Shown: piece after piece, positions 8,249 to 17,621 of the stretch
Layout of the letters: each line of letters starts with the position of its first letter
How positions within the stretch are numbered: position 1 is the first letter of the stretch
Assembly: GCA_964422865.1 (NCBI GenBank)
Contig: CAYRCU010000001.1
Location: 5,159-69,158, forward strand
DNA length: 64,000 bases
Source of the DNA: an uncultured Gammaproteobacteria bacterium
GTDB taxonomy: Bacteria > Patescibacteriota > Microgenomatia > UBA8517
Reading direction: 5' to 3'
Made by a program: the position numbers and the translations under genes
Notes under the pieces: generated by a model
Database searches by the model: none
Told to the model about the DNA's origin: nothing
Seen by the model: the letters and a program-made list of their open reading frames with translations, nothing else

Positions 8249-10114
8249 CTAGCTTGCTTGTAGTTTTTCCTGCATCTCTGTAATATATTCTTCGGCCTTT
8301 ATTGCCCAGGGGTCTGATGGGTTGTTTAATATTTTGTTGTGATTTCTAAAAGCCCGAATAGCTTCTTTGTAATTTCCCAGTTCCTTGTATCCCAGTCCAA
8401 GGTTATAAAAAGCCGGATCGAATTCCGGATCAATAGAAATTGCTTGTTGATACGCTTCAATTGCTTTTTTGTATTTGCCAAGATCCTTAAAAATGTTTCC
8501 AAGTTCATTGTAAGAATAAATAAATTCCGGATCAGTAGAAATTACTTGACTGAAAGCTTCGACAGCTTCTTCGTATCTGCCAAGAGCATACAGGGTGATT
8601 CCAAGTCCGTAGTAAGAGTAGACATATTCCGGATTAATAGATATCGCTTGACTGAAAGCTTCGACAGCTTCTTCGTATCTGCCAAGAACGCTTAAGATAC
8701 TTCCGGTGTTTTGTAGGATGTGAGACTGTAATCCACCTTCCGGTTTGAATAAAGTTATGCGAACAGGCTCTTTAGATGAAGGGTATTTTATATCGAGATG
8801 TAAGCCGCCGTCTTCTGAATGATGCGCAAGGCCTATAATGTCCTTGACACATATACTATTTCCTGATATTTCTTTGTCTGTTACTTCATGATTGCTCAGA
8901 TAGCCTTCTGATGGAGTAAAATCCCGCCAAAATACTTTTCCGTTACTTGTAATTAAAAAAGTTAACGAGTGATTGGGCACATCTGCGTGGAGGTATTTTA
9001 TTCCCACTTCATCAAGCAGTCCTCCACCTAAAATTGATGCTCCGACACAATTTATGAACTGTGTCTCGACTATCTTTGATGGATAATTTGAGCTGCCGTC
9101 AACCTCATCCGAATGTTTATACGGAAAAGCGCAAACGGCTTTTTGAATTTTTCCTGCTATTTCTAATTCTTTTTTGGCAATAGCATGAACGTCTTCTGAT
9201 TTTCTCACTCTTTCCAATTCCCGTTTTAGTCTGGGGATTTTTAAGACATCGTAAAGCCTTTTTTGCTCCGCAGATATTTTTAAGCCGAGTTCGTGTATTA
9301 CCGTAACAGGTGCTTTAACTTCCATCACCAACTTTTCTATCCCTCTTCTAAAAATGGCTGTTTTCATTTCTCTTTCCGGAGTTTCAATCGTCTTTACTAT
9401 CTGTCTTTTTGATTTCTCTTGAAGGCGTTGGATTGGTCCTTTTTTTGTTTCCCATGGTTTTTCTCCGTCGGCCCTGTATCCTTTTCTGGAAAGTGCCCCA
9501 AAGTACACTTGAAGCGACTTGATTCTTCTTTTTTCAATTTCATCCGGAGAAGGGTTTTCTCCCAATCTTTTTACCCTTTTTTGGTAAGTCGCTTCTCCGA
9601 GAAACCATTCGTCAAGTTTCTGTTTGTCTTCTTCGGTTAATGCTGTTTTGCGACTGTTTTTTCTTGTTAAAAAAGAGCCATATGCGTGAAACTCACGGGC
9701 AATTTTTCTTGCCAGTTCACTGCCGTCTTCAATGTGTGGGAGATATTCTTCCAAATACAAGCCCGCTTTTTTGAAAGTTTCACCCAGTTTGAAAATTTCT
9801 TTTGCCCTTTTTTCGCGCAACTTGGGTTTTTTGGCATAGGTGCCACGGTCAACTGCTTTTATCACATCTACCATCTCCCATAACTGTAAATCACGGGGAA
9901 GAAATAATGTTTGCCCTCCTTGGTCATTTTTTTCAAGGATTTTTCTCCTACCCCTTTGCTTCCACCGCTCTCTTGAAATGAAGCGCGGCTCTATGGAATC
10001 ATTTATTTCGCACCACTTGGCAAAAAATTCCTGGGCGGGTGATTCGGAAAATGGAGTTTTTTCTACTGCTTTCCGTGTTTCCCAAATAAGCTCTGATTCA
10101 AAATTACCGGTCAT
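8249..10114 (-). CDS. TPR protein with putative transglutaminase-like Cys-His-Asp domain
   Basis: Four C-terminal TPRs (LGRYEEAVEAFSQAISINP); NCVG...PNHS...WRDFTP upstream. Confidence 0.75.
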   Translation of the reverse strand: MTGNFESELIWETRKAVEKTPFSESPAQEFFAKWCEINDSIEPRFISRERWKQRGRRKILEKNDQGGQTLFLPRDLQLWEMVDVIKAVDRGTYAKKPKLREKRAKEIFKLGETFKKAGLYLEEYLPHIEDGSELARKIAREFHAYGSFLTRKNSRKTALTEEDKQKLDEWFLGEATYQKRVKRLGENPSPDEIEKRRIKSLQVYFGALSRKGYRADGEKPWETKKGPIQRLQEKSKRQIVKTIETPEREMKTAIFRRGIEKLVMEVKAPVTVIHELGLKISAEQKRLYDVLKIPRLKRELERVRKSEDVHAIAKKELEIAGKIQKAVCAFPYKHSDEVDGSSNYPSKIVETQFINCVGASILGGGLLDEVGIKYLHADVPNHSLTFLITSNGKVFWRDFTPSEGYLSNHEVTDKEISGNSICVKDIIGLAHHSEDGGLHLDIKYPSSKEPVRITLFKPEGGLQSHILQNTGSILSVLGRYEEAVEAFSQAISINPEYVYSYYGLGITLYALGRYEEAVEAFSQVISTDPEFIYSYNELGNIFKDLGKYKKAIEAYQQAISIDPEFDPAFYNLGLGYKELGNYKEAIRAFRNHNKILNNPSDPWAIKAEEYITEMQEKLQAS

Positions 10115-10140
10115 TTTGTGTTATATATTATTCCACATTT

Positions 10141-10472
10141 TTGTCATTTTTGCTTCCTTTGTCATTTCTGCCCCTCATTGTCATTACCACCTCCCCCCAT
10201 TGTCATTCCCGCGAAAGCGGGAATCTAGCGGGAGTGACGGGAGAGTTGGGGATGCCCCTGGATTCCCGATCAGGTCGGGAATGACAGGGGGAAAAGTTGG
10301 GAATGACTGGGGAAAAGTTGGGAATGACGGGGGGGGAAAAGTTGGGAATGACAGAACACGCTCATTGTCATTCCCGCGGAAGCGGGAATCTAGAAGAAAT
10401 AGTGGGTTGGTCTGGAAGTGTTCCTGGATTCCCGATCAGGTCGGGAATGACAGGGGAGAAGTTGGGAATGAC
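10141..10472. repeat. REP/dRS3-like palindrome cluster (two convergent pairs plus short tandem units)
   Basis: GTCATTCCCGCG(A/G)AAGCGGGAATCTAG at 10202 and 10367; CTGGATTCCCGATCAGGTCGGGAATGAC at 10258 and 10424; (G)nA(A/G)AAGTTGGGAATGAC x4. Confidence 0.85.
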
Positions 10473-11104
10473 AGATTGGGAGTAGTAGTGAGATAATTCC
10501 AAAGCAGTGGGAGAGTTCCTGGTGGAATTGAGGCTGTTTTTGAGGTTGGTTTTGGTATATTTGAAAACCTTTCCCCAATTATTTGCATAACATCTGGGTC
10601 GTTTTTAATCTCGGACTTTCTTTCAAATCCCCTTCTGACTCTTTTGTTTAGTCTTAGCAGAGCTTCTTGTTTTTTTTCCGGAGTTTGGGCAACAACCATT
10701 TGAATTATGTCTGCTGCAGCTTGTTGAAGCCCCCTACCTCTTGTATATTCGTTTTCACCTATCCTACCTGCCCCATGCTTTTTGCCTGTTTCGTAGCAAA
10801 ATTTAAGAAAATCAGATAATTCTTCTTCTTCACCAAACACTGCAAGCATTGCATGAACCCTGTCTGAATCGTCCGGCCTGTCTGTTCTAAGATCGTCCGG
10901 CCTTGCGCGAAATTTGGTGGCGGCAAGGGATATCCGATCGTGTTCGGACAGATCGAGATTTAATCCTGCTTCTTTCAAAGCAGTCCTCATTGCCTCTATC
11001 TCTGCCTGTGTGAATTCGGTTATTTCCTGCGCGCTCCGCGGGTCTTTGGATCCCAGCAATGCAATTTTTTGTTCTGCCGACAAGAGAGCTCTTTATTTTG
11101 CCAT
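10436..11104 (-). pseudogene. Hypothetical protein with in-frame TAA at codon 4 (or intact from TTG 11083)
   Basis: TATAAT-6nt-ATG GCA AAA TAA AGA GCT CTC TTG, in frame with ORF 10436-11083; 3' end runs into the REP cluster. Confidence 0.5.
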
Positions 11105-11123
11105 ACGGTAATTATATCAAATT

Positions 11124-11570
11124 TTACGACCTAGTTTTGTTTAGGGGTTTTGAGCTGGAAAAATCTTTTATGATAAATAGCTTTGCAAGGGCGATAGAAA
11201 ATTGAATTAAATAAAAGATCAACATGGTGGTAGCCACACTTGTGAATGGTTTTGTTGCCTCAAGGTGAGAACGGGCAAATATTCCTGCAAAAGCAAATAG
11301 TGAAAAAAACACTACAAATAACCAGCCTACTCTTTTGTTCTTGAAAATGGCATATCCAGTGAATAGCCATGTGAGGATATAAAAGGCTGAAGGAAAAATG
11401 TAATAGATTAGAGGATATTTAGAGAACGGTTCAGGTTTTGCAATGTAGCTAACATAAAAAGATATTAAAGATATTAATAATATTAGCCCATTTAATGTGT
11501 ACCAAAATGAAAGGATGAAGCGTACCAATAAATCATACTTTTTATTTAGTTTGTTGATGATTTTATTCAT
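11124..11570 (-). CDS. Hypothetical 4-TM membrane protein
   Basis: 148-aa hydrophobic ORF, AT-rich. Confidence 0.65.
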   Translation of the reverse strand: MNKIINKLNKKYDLLVRFILSFWYTLNGLILLISLISFYVSYIAKPEPFSKYPLIYYIFPSAFYILTWLFTGYAIFKNKRVGWLFVVFFSLFAFAGIFARSHLEATKPFTSVATTMLIFYLIQFSIALAKLFIIKDFSSSKPLNKTRS

Positions 11571-11684
11571 AAAAGTAATATTATAATTTTTATATTACCA
11601 TGTCGGAGTGATAAAGCAGATTTCTTGATCTATTGGTATTTTGTAAGTAAAATATAAACTATAAGACGGGAGGTGGAGATATAA

Positions 11685-11909
11685 ATGTCTAGATCTAAAG
11701 AAGCGTCGCCAGAGTATGAGATTGATTTTTCGGCTTCTAAGTTTGCCGGGATGGGGACGGAATTGAATCCGATTATCCTTCCGCGGGAAACGTATATTGG
11801 AACTGCGTCATGGCCGTCAAAGGGTGAGATGTCGAAACCTCGTCGTGCGCCGGGTGAGAAAGGGGAAGTAGTTGCGCGTGAGGAAAAAGACGTCAATAAA
11901 AATTCCTGA
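11685..11909 (+). CDS. Small hypothetical protein (74 aa)
   Basis: Strong GGGAGGTGG Shine-Dalgarno upstream of the ATG. Confidence 0.5.
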   Translation: MSRSKEASPEYEIDFSASKFAGMGTELNPIILPRETYIGTASWPSKGEMSKPRRAPGEKGEVVAREEKDVNKNS

Positions 11910-11937
11910 TAGGGGAAGTGATGAAAAGGTTTTTTTG

Positions 11938-12489
11938 TTATTTCCACTTAATATTGCAGCCGCTGCTGGGGTATTGCTTTGCTTCCGGCTTTTTTCCGCC
12001 CAGCACTGCATCTATTGCCGCTCTTAAATCCTTGCCTGTCACCGGCTTATTATTACCGGGCCTGCTTTCATCTAACTGTCCCCGATAAACCAGTTCCTTG
12101 TTTTTGTTAAATAGAAAAAAGTCAGGGGTACAAGCCGCAGTAAAATCTTTAGCTACTTCTTGGCTCTCATCATATAAAATTGGAAACCTAAAATCATATT
12201 CCTCAACCATCTTTGCCAGGTTCTCCGGACTGTCATCAGGATAATTTTCCACATCATTTGCACTAATTCCCACGATAGCCACACGGCTTTCGTATTCTTG
12301 TGAAAGTTTGGCCAGCTCTTCGGCTACATGTGATACATAAGGGCAATGCCGGCACATAAAAATAATTAGAATCGGCTGATTTGTTTCGAAATCCTTTGAA
12401 GAAATTTTTTTGCCACTTACTACATCAGGTAACTCAAACTCGGGCATCTTTGTTCCCAACTTAAGCATAGTGCTTTGTGTTAGTGCCAT
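11938..12489 (-). CDS. Thioredoxin-family/AhpC-TSA redoxin
   Basis: CRHCPYV, YPDDSPE, AACTPDFF, YRGQLD, GCNIKWK. Confidence 0.9.
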   Translation of the reverse strand: MALTQSTMLKLGTKMPEFELPDVVSGKKISSKDFETNQPILIIFMCRHCPYVSHVAEELAKLSQEYESRVAIVGISANDVENYPDDSPENLAKMVEEYDFRFPILYDESQEVAKDFTAACTPDFFLFNKNKELVYRGQLDESRPGNNKPVTGKDLRAAIDAVLGGKKPEAKQYPSSGCNIKWK

Positions 12490-12519
12490 CTTAATGAGTT
12501 ATTATATACGATTTATCAA

Positions 12520-15225
12520 TCATCCCTTCTGGGGATAGTGGCATTTTTTCCACTTCTTGCCGCTTCCGCACCAACAGGGGTCATTTCTTCCGATTTTTTT
12601 TCTTTTTATTGTTTGTGAGGTTTTGCCGGCTGCTGCCTGAAGCTTTTTAGTGGCTTCACTTGCGAGCCCTGTTTGATCTTCTGTATCTATATTTGTTTCA
12701 ACTTTGTCTAAGGGAATTTCCGGAGCTACTCGCATGCCTACCCTAAAGATTCTTCGTGAAAGCTCTTCGTCAATTCTATCCAGGAGACTTTCAAAGAGTC
12801 CGTAAGCTTCGTTTTTAAATTCCACCAAGGGATCCTTTTGGCCAAACGCTCTAAGGCCGACACTTTCTCTGAGGTTATCAATATGATCAATATGATCCAT
12901 CCAAAGGTGATCTATGGAGCCCAGGTACGCGAAGCGTTCTATCTGACGCATGACTTTTGGGGTGACTTGGGTTTCTCTGGACTTGTGAGCAGTTTTTATC
13001 AAATCGAAGAGAAAATCATGAAGTTTTTCTTTGTCTTTTAGGCTTTTAAGTTTGGTTTTTATCCCTTCTCTTGATTTTTCATCAAACGGAATAATTTCCA
13101 AGATGTTTACAAAGATACTTTCGTAATTTGGTTTTTCATTTTCCTCCGGCCAGGAAACAAGAATTATATAGTCCACTCTGTGCTTTAATTTTTCAAGAAT
13201 CTCTTTTTTGAGACTTTTGCTTTTTAGAACCCTTTTTCTCAGGCCATAGATAATTTCTCTCTGTTGATTTGCTACATCGTCGTATTCTACGAGGCGCTTT
13301 CTTGCGTCAAAGTTAAATCCTTCTACTTTTGCTTGAGCTTGTTCAATGGCGCGGCTAACCAGTCTATTTTCTATCGGTTGATCCTCCGGAAGCTTTAGGC
13401 GATCCATGATGGAGCTTATCTGCTCTCCACCAAAGATTCTCATTAGATCATCCTCTAAAGACAGATAAAAGCGGGAGGAGCCCGGGTCACCTTGACGGCC
13501 CGACCTGCCTCTTAGCTGATTGTCTATTCTCCTTGACTCATGCCGTTCGGTTCCTATTACATGGAGTCCACCGAGTTTTATTACTTTATCGTGCTCTCTT
13601 TTCCAATTTTTGTATTCTTTTGATTTTTGATATTCTTCGGTGGTTTGCCCTTTTTTGCGCTCGGGAATGGCGCCCCCAAGAACTATGTCAACCCCACGAC
13701 CGGCCATGTTTGTTGCGACTGTTACCGCACCGGGCTTTCCCGCGTCAGCAATAATTGCAGCCTCCCTTTCATGGTTTTTGGCGTTTAGGACATTGTGGGG
13801 AATCTTTTTTCTTTTAAGAAGTTGGCTTAAGATTAAGTTTCTTTCGATGGAGGTTGTGCCCACCAGAACGGGTTGCCCTTTTTTGTGTAGTTTTTCAATC
13901 TCTATAGCCACCGCGCCGTATTTTGCACGGGTGGTTTTGTAGACAAGATCCGGATGATCACGCCTTATCATGGGCTTGTGTGTCGGTATGGCAACTGTGT
14001 CGAGTCCGTATATTTTTTTGAATTCTTCGGCTTCCGTAACAGCTGTTGCCGTCATTCCGGAAAGCACCTCATACATTCTGAAATAGTTTTGAAATGAGAT
14101 TGTAGCCAGGGTTTTGCTTTCCTGCTGGATTGTGACTCCTTCTTTTGCTTCGACAGCTTGGTGGAGGCCGTCTCCCCACCTGCGCCCGGGCATTAGGCGG
14201 CCTGTGAATTCATCCACTATTACGACACCCTCTTCTTTGACCACATACTGCTGGTCTCTATGATAAAGTGCGTTTGCCCGGAGGGCGTTTTCAATATGGT
14301 GAATTGTGTCAAAATCCTTTTCGTAGAGATTTTTGACTCCCAGAATTTTTTCGACTTTTAAAATCCCATGCTCTGTTAAGTTTGCCGACCGGGATTTTTC
14401 GTCGATTATGTAATCTGTGTCCGGATTAAGTTTGCCTACAAGCTGGGCAAAGCGATAATATTTTTCGGTGGGTTCCGCGTCCGGTGCTGAAATAATAAGA
14501 GGAGTGCGTGCTTCATCTATTAATATTGAATCCACTTCATCAACTATTGCAAAATAGTGGCCGCGCTGGGACATGTGATCAAGGTTGCTGACCATATTAT
14601 CTCTGAGATAATCAAAACCAAATTCGTTGTTTGTCCCGTAAGTGATGTCGGCTTTATATGCTTCTTTTCTATCTGATGGTTTTAGGTGCTCCAAGCGTTC
14701 GTCGCCGTAGCTTTTATCACTAAAGCTTGTGTCATAAATAAAGCTTTTTTGTTCTTGAGTTATTACTCCGACGGATAGCCCTAAAAGGTCGTAAATAGGT
14801 GCGTTCCAACCGGCGCCTATTTTTGCCAAATAGTCATTTACGGTAACCAGATGAGCTCCCTTACCTGTAAGGGCGCGCAGATATAAGGGTGCTGCTGCTG
14901 ACAGAGTTTTTCCTTCTCCCGTTTTCTGCTCCGCAACTTTACCCTCAAAGAGGGAAATTCCTGCCATAAGCTGTACATCATAGGGCCTTAAGCCAATTGT
15001 ACGCCAAGCTGCTTCGCGGACCAGGGCAAAGCTTTCCGGAATGAGGCTTTCAAGAGCCTCTCCTTTTTTTAATCTTTCTTTTAATTCAAGCGTCTTTCCC
15101 ACAAAATCTTCGTTTTTGTATTTTTTTGCTTTTTTGTCCAAGATATTTATTTTTTCAACTTCTTTTTGAAGGCGAGAAAGCTCTCTTTTGTTTATATCAA
15201 GGACTTTTGAGAATATGTTTAGCAT
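12520..15225 (-). CDS. secA: Preprotein translocase subunit SecA
   Basis: KTGEGKT, DEVDSILIDEARTPLIIS, ATNMAGRG, HESRRIDNQLRGR, SEC-C motif GRNDPCWCGSGKKWKKCH. Confidence 0.99.
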   Translation of the reverse strand: MLNIFSKVLDINKRELSRLQKEVEKINILDKKAKKYKNEDFVGKTLELKERLKKGEALESLIPESFALVREAAWRTIGLRPYDVQLMAGISLFEGKVAEQKTGEGKTLSAAAPLYLRALTGKGAHLVTVNDYLAKIGAGWNAPIYDLLGLSVGVITQEQKSFIYDTSFSDKSYGDERLEHLKPSDRKEAYKADITYGTNNEFGFDYLRDNMVSNLDHMSQRGHYFAIVDEVDSILIDEARTPLIISAPDAEPTEKYYRFAQLVGKLNPDTDYIIDEKSRSANLTEHGILKVEKILGVKNLYEKDFDTIHHIENALRANALYHRDQQYVVKEEGVVIVDEFTGRLMPGRRWGDGLHQAVEAKEGVTIQQESKTLATISFQNYFRMYEVLSGMTATAVTEAEEFKKIYGLDTVAIPTHKPMIRRDHPDLVYKTTRAKYGAVAIEIEKLHKKGQPVLVGTTSIERNLILSQLLKRKKIPHNVLNAKNHEREAAIIADAGKPGAVTVATNMAGRGVDIVLGGAIPERKKGQTTEEYQKSKEYKNWKREHDKVIKLGGLHVIGTERHESRRIDNQLRGRSGRQGDPGSSRFYLSLEDDLMRIFGGEQISSIMDRLKLPEDQPIENRLVSRAIEQAQAKVEGFNFDARKRLVEYDDVANQQREIIYGLRKRVLKSKSLKKEILEKLKHRVDYIILVSWPEENEKPNYESIFVNILEIIPFDEKSREGIKTKLKSLKDKEKLHDFLFDLIKTAHKSRETQVTPKVMRQIERFAYLGSIDHLWMDHIDHIDNLRESVGLRAFGQKDPLVEFKNEAYGLFESLLDRIDEELSRRIFRVGMRVAPEIPLDKVETNIDTEDQTGLASEATKKLQAAAGKTSQTIKRKKIGRNDPCWCGSGKKWKKCHYPQKG

Positions 15226-15301
15226 GGGTAAATTTACTTACTGATTTTAGCAGACGAAAGTTGATATTGATACTTTAAAATACTAATGTTACTGTTAGGA
15301 T

Positions 15302-16474
15302 ATGAGGAGGTTTTTGCCGGGTTTTATTGTTGTGATTGTTGTTGGCTTATTGATGGCGCCCATGGCACTTGCCAGTTCGAAGACGGAAATTAGCAAGGAT
15401 GTTGTGGTTTTGCCTAAAGAAAAAGTGTTAAATGAAGATTATTTTGCTGCAGGAGATATTGTGGAGATCTCGGGAACTGTAAATGGGGACGTGTACGTAG
15501 CCGGCGGACAGGTTTTTGTTGACGGCGTGATTAATGGAGACTTGATTGCGGCGGGGGGAGTTGTGTATCTTCTTGGAAAGGTTGAGCAAGATGCCCGAAT
15601 TGGAGGAGGGCAAGTTGTGGTAGGGGGAGAGGTTGGAGGAAATATAACGATTGTTGGAGGGAGCTTGGAAATTGCAAATAATGCAAAGGTTGGCGGGAGC
15701 ATGGTTGCGGCGGGGGGAAATATTGTGGTGAATGCTCCAATTGCCGGAGAGATGAATGTTGTGGGAGGAAGCTTGACTGTTAATAACACAATTGACGGAG
15801 ATTTAACAGCAAGGGTTGAATCAGCAAGACTAACTTCTAATGCCCAGGTAAATGGTGATTTTGAATATTGGAGCCAGGAAAATGTTTTGGTTGACAAAAA
15901 TGCTTATATTTCCGGAACTGTGAGCAGGCATGATGTTGCAGGTGACATTAAGGTTCCAAGTAAAAGAGATCTGACGAAAATTTGGGCTACTATCGGAGTG
16001 GCTTTGAAGTCGATAAGCTTTATGACAACTTTGATTGTTGGACTTCTTCTTATCAAGCTGTTTCCCAAGTGTATAAAGAATACATCGAGCAAGGTGAGTA
16101 AAAAGTTTTGGATCTCGTTTTTTGTGGGACTTTTGGGACTTATTGTTACACCAATATTGGTAGTGGTTTTACTCATTACGGTTATCGGCGCTCCTTTGGG
16201 GCTTATGATTGTCCCGCTGTTTATAACTTTTGTGTTTATTTCAAGAATTTTCGGAATAATAGCTTTGGGGAATTTGCTGACTGTGAAAGTTTTAAGGAAA
16301 AAAGAGAAAACAATATGGGGATTTGTAATTGGGATTTTGGTTTATTACCTTTTGACTCTTGTGCCTTTTGTTGGCGCAATTACAAAGGCTTTTATAGTTA
16401 CAGCCGGATTTGGCGCCGGACTTATGAGCAGTAAGAACACTTATATAAGTGCTCGAAAAGAAAATATTGTGTAG
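15302..16474 (+). CDS. Bactofilin-like/polymer-forming beta-helix membrane protein
   Basis: Signal peptide, repeated G-x-V-x-G-D/N-V-x-x-A-G-G units, several C-terminal TM helices. Confidence 0.75.
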   Translation: MRRFLPGFIVVIVVGLLMAPMALASSKTEISKDVVVLPKEKVLNEDYFAAGDIVEISGTVNGDVYVAGGQVFVDGVINGDLIAAGGVVYLLGKVEQDARIGGGQVVVGGEVGGNITIVGGSLEIANNAKVGGSMVAAGGNIVVNAPIAGEMNVVGGSLTVNNTIDGDLTARVESARLTSNAQVNGDFEYWSQENVLVDKNAYISGTVSRHDVAGDIKVPSKRDLTKIWATIGVALKSISFMTTLIVGLLLIKLFPKCIKNTSSKVSKKFWISFFVGLLGLIVTPILVVVLLITVIGAPLGLMIVPLFITFVFISRIFGIIALGNLLTVKVLRKKEKTIWGFVIGILVYYLLTLVPFVGAITKAFIVTAGFGAGLMSSKNTYISARKENIV

Positions 16475-16482
16475 AATATTTT

Positions 16483-16923
16483 ATGGCTGCAAGAAAAAAG
16501 GTTCAAACTCCGCCAAGATTGCTACGATCAGATAAGGACAGGATTATCGGTGGAGTAGCGGGGGGAATTGGAGAATATCTTGCTGTTGATCCGACACTTA
16601 TTCGAATTGCTTTTATTTTGATAACACTTCTTGGGGGCAGCGGGATTTTATTGTATTTTGTACTTTGGCTAATTATTCCGTCAAATAAGTCACGGGACTT
16701 GTTGACCGGAAAGGAAAGTGTCAGAAAGAACGCAGAAGAAATCAAAGAAAAGGCAGAGGAATTTGCAACGAGAAACAATTCAAGATACCTGACCGGGCTG
16801 GTCCTTCTTGTTTTGGGACTTATATTTCTTTTTGATAATTTCGGAATTCATTTTTTCGGCCTTTGGAAGCTTTGGCCGCTTGGGATAATTGCTTTATCCT
16901 TTGTTATCCTCAGTAAAAAGTGA
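16483..16923 (+). CDS. PspC domain protein with LiaF-like TM tail
   Basis: LLRSDKDRIIGGVAGGIGEYLAVDPTLIRI...LYFVLWLIIP; LWKLWP. Confidence 0.88.
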   Translation: MAARKKVQTPPRLLRSDKDRIIGGVAGGIGEYLAVDPTLIRIAFILITLLGGSGILLYFVLWLIIPSNKSRDLLTGKESVRKNAEEIKEKAEEFATRNNSRYLTGLVLLVLGLIFLFDNFGIHFFGLWKLWPLGIIALSFVILSKK

Positions 16924-17562
16924 GCGATTGGAACACAAAAACATTACATTCGCTTCCGGGAAAAAACGATCGACTCTAGAAAATACTTTTAGCAATTTTT
17001 TTTCGAATTCTATTGCTTTTTTTCTTCTGTCGCCTTGATAGAAACGATTAAAAACAGCGACTCCGCCAGGGCTTTTTAGGGACTTGTTGACGGAATTTAG
17101 AAACTTTTGCGATTCAAGGTGCTTTGGAAATTGATCTTTTACATATGTATCGATGCAAATTAGATCATATTTATTGTTTTTTTGGACAAATTTGGATGCG
17201 TCTTCTATGTTGATATCCACTTTTTTGGGATCAAGATCAAAATATTTTTCCCCAAGACTTACGATAACCGGGTCTATGTCAACGCCTGTAACGGTGGCTT
17301 CAGGCCAATACTTGTGTATCAGTTTTGCGATTGAGCCTCCGCCAAGACCCAATATCAGACAATTTTTTACTTTTGTTGTACGAATGGATTTTAGAGTGCT
17401 CTGCCAAATTTTTTTAGCTATTCCTCCGGATTGAGTCAGTCCCCCACCTTTTATTTGAATTCCCCAGACAACATCTTTAATTACAGTAAGTTTGCCGTTT
17501 ACCTTTGATTCTGCTTCTTCAAGAACTTTTGAATTTGAGAGAAAATCTGACACTTTGCTCAT
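16894..17562 (-). CDS. Spermidine synthase-like SAM-dependent methyltransferase
   Basis: LILGLGGGS, VDIDP, EDA, YDLICID; start reassigned to MSKVSDF. Confidence 0.8.
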   Translation of the reverse strand: MSKVSDFLSNSKVLEEAESKVNGKLTVIKDVVWGIQIKGGGLTQSGGIAKKIWQSTLKSIRTTKVKNCLILGLGGGSIAKLIHKYWPEATVTGVDIDPVIVSLGEKYFDLDPKKVDINIEDASKFVQKNNKYDLICIDTYVKDQFPKHLESQKFLNSVNKSLKSPGGVAVFNRFYQGDRRKKAIEFEKKLLKVFSRVDRFFPEANVMFLCSNRSLFTEDNKG

Positions 17563-17621
17563 ATTTTGTGCTTTGATTGTAGCAGACATTTCTGAGACAA
17601 TGGCTTGAACCGGGACCGTAT

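Noticed and set aside
10200-10472. Possible CRISPR array
   Set aside because: Repeats alternate in orientation, spacing is irregular and no cas genes are present; fits REP-like elements
9840-10578. ORFs spanning the repeat cluster (218, 62 and 62 aa)
   Set aside because: Translations of REP DNA (SFPRKRES, GMT) or antisense to real genes
11093-11095. Stop-codon reassignment
   Set aside because: Single case; TAA, TAG and TGA all terminate conserved genes normally, and prfB is present
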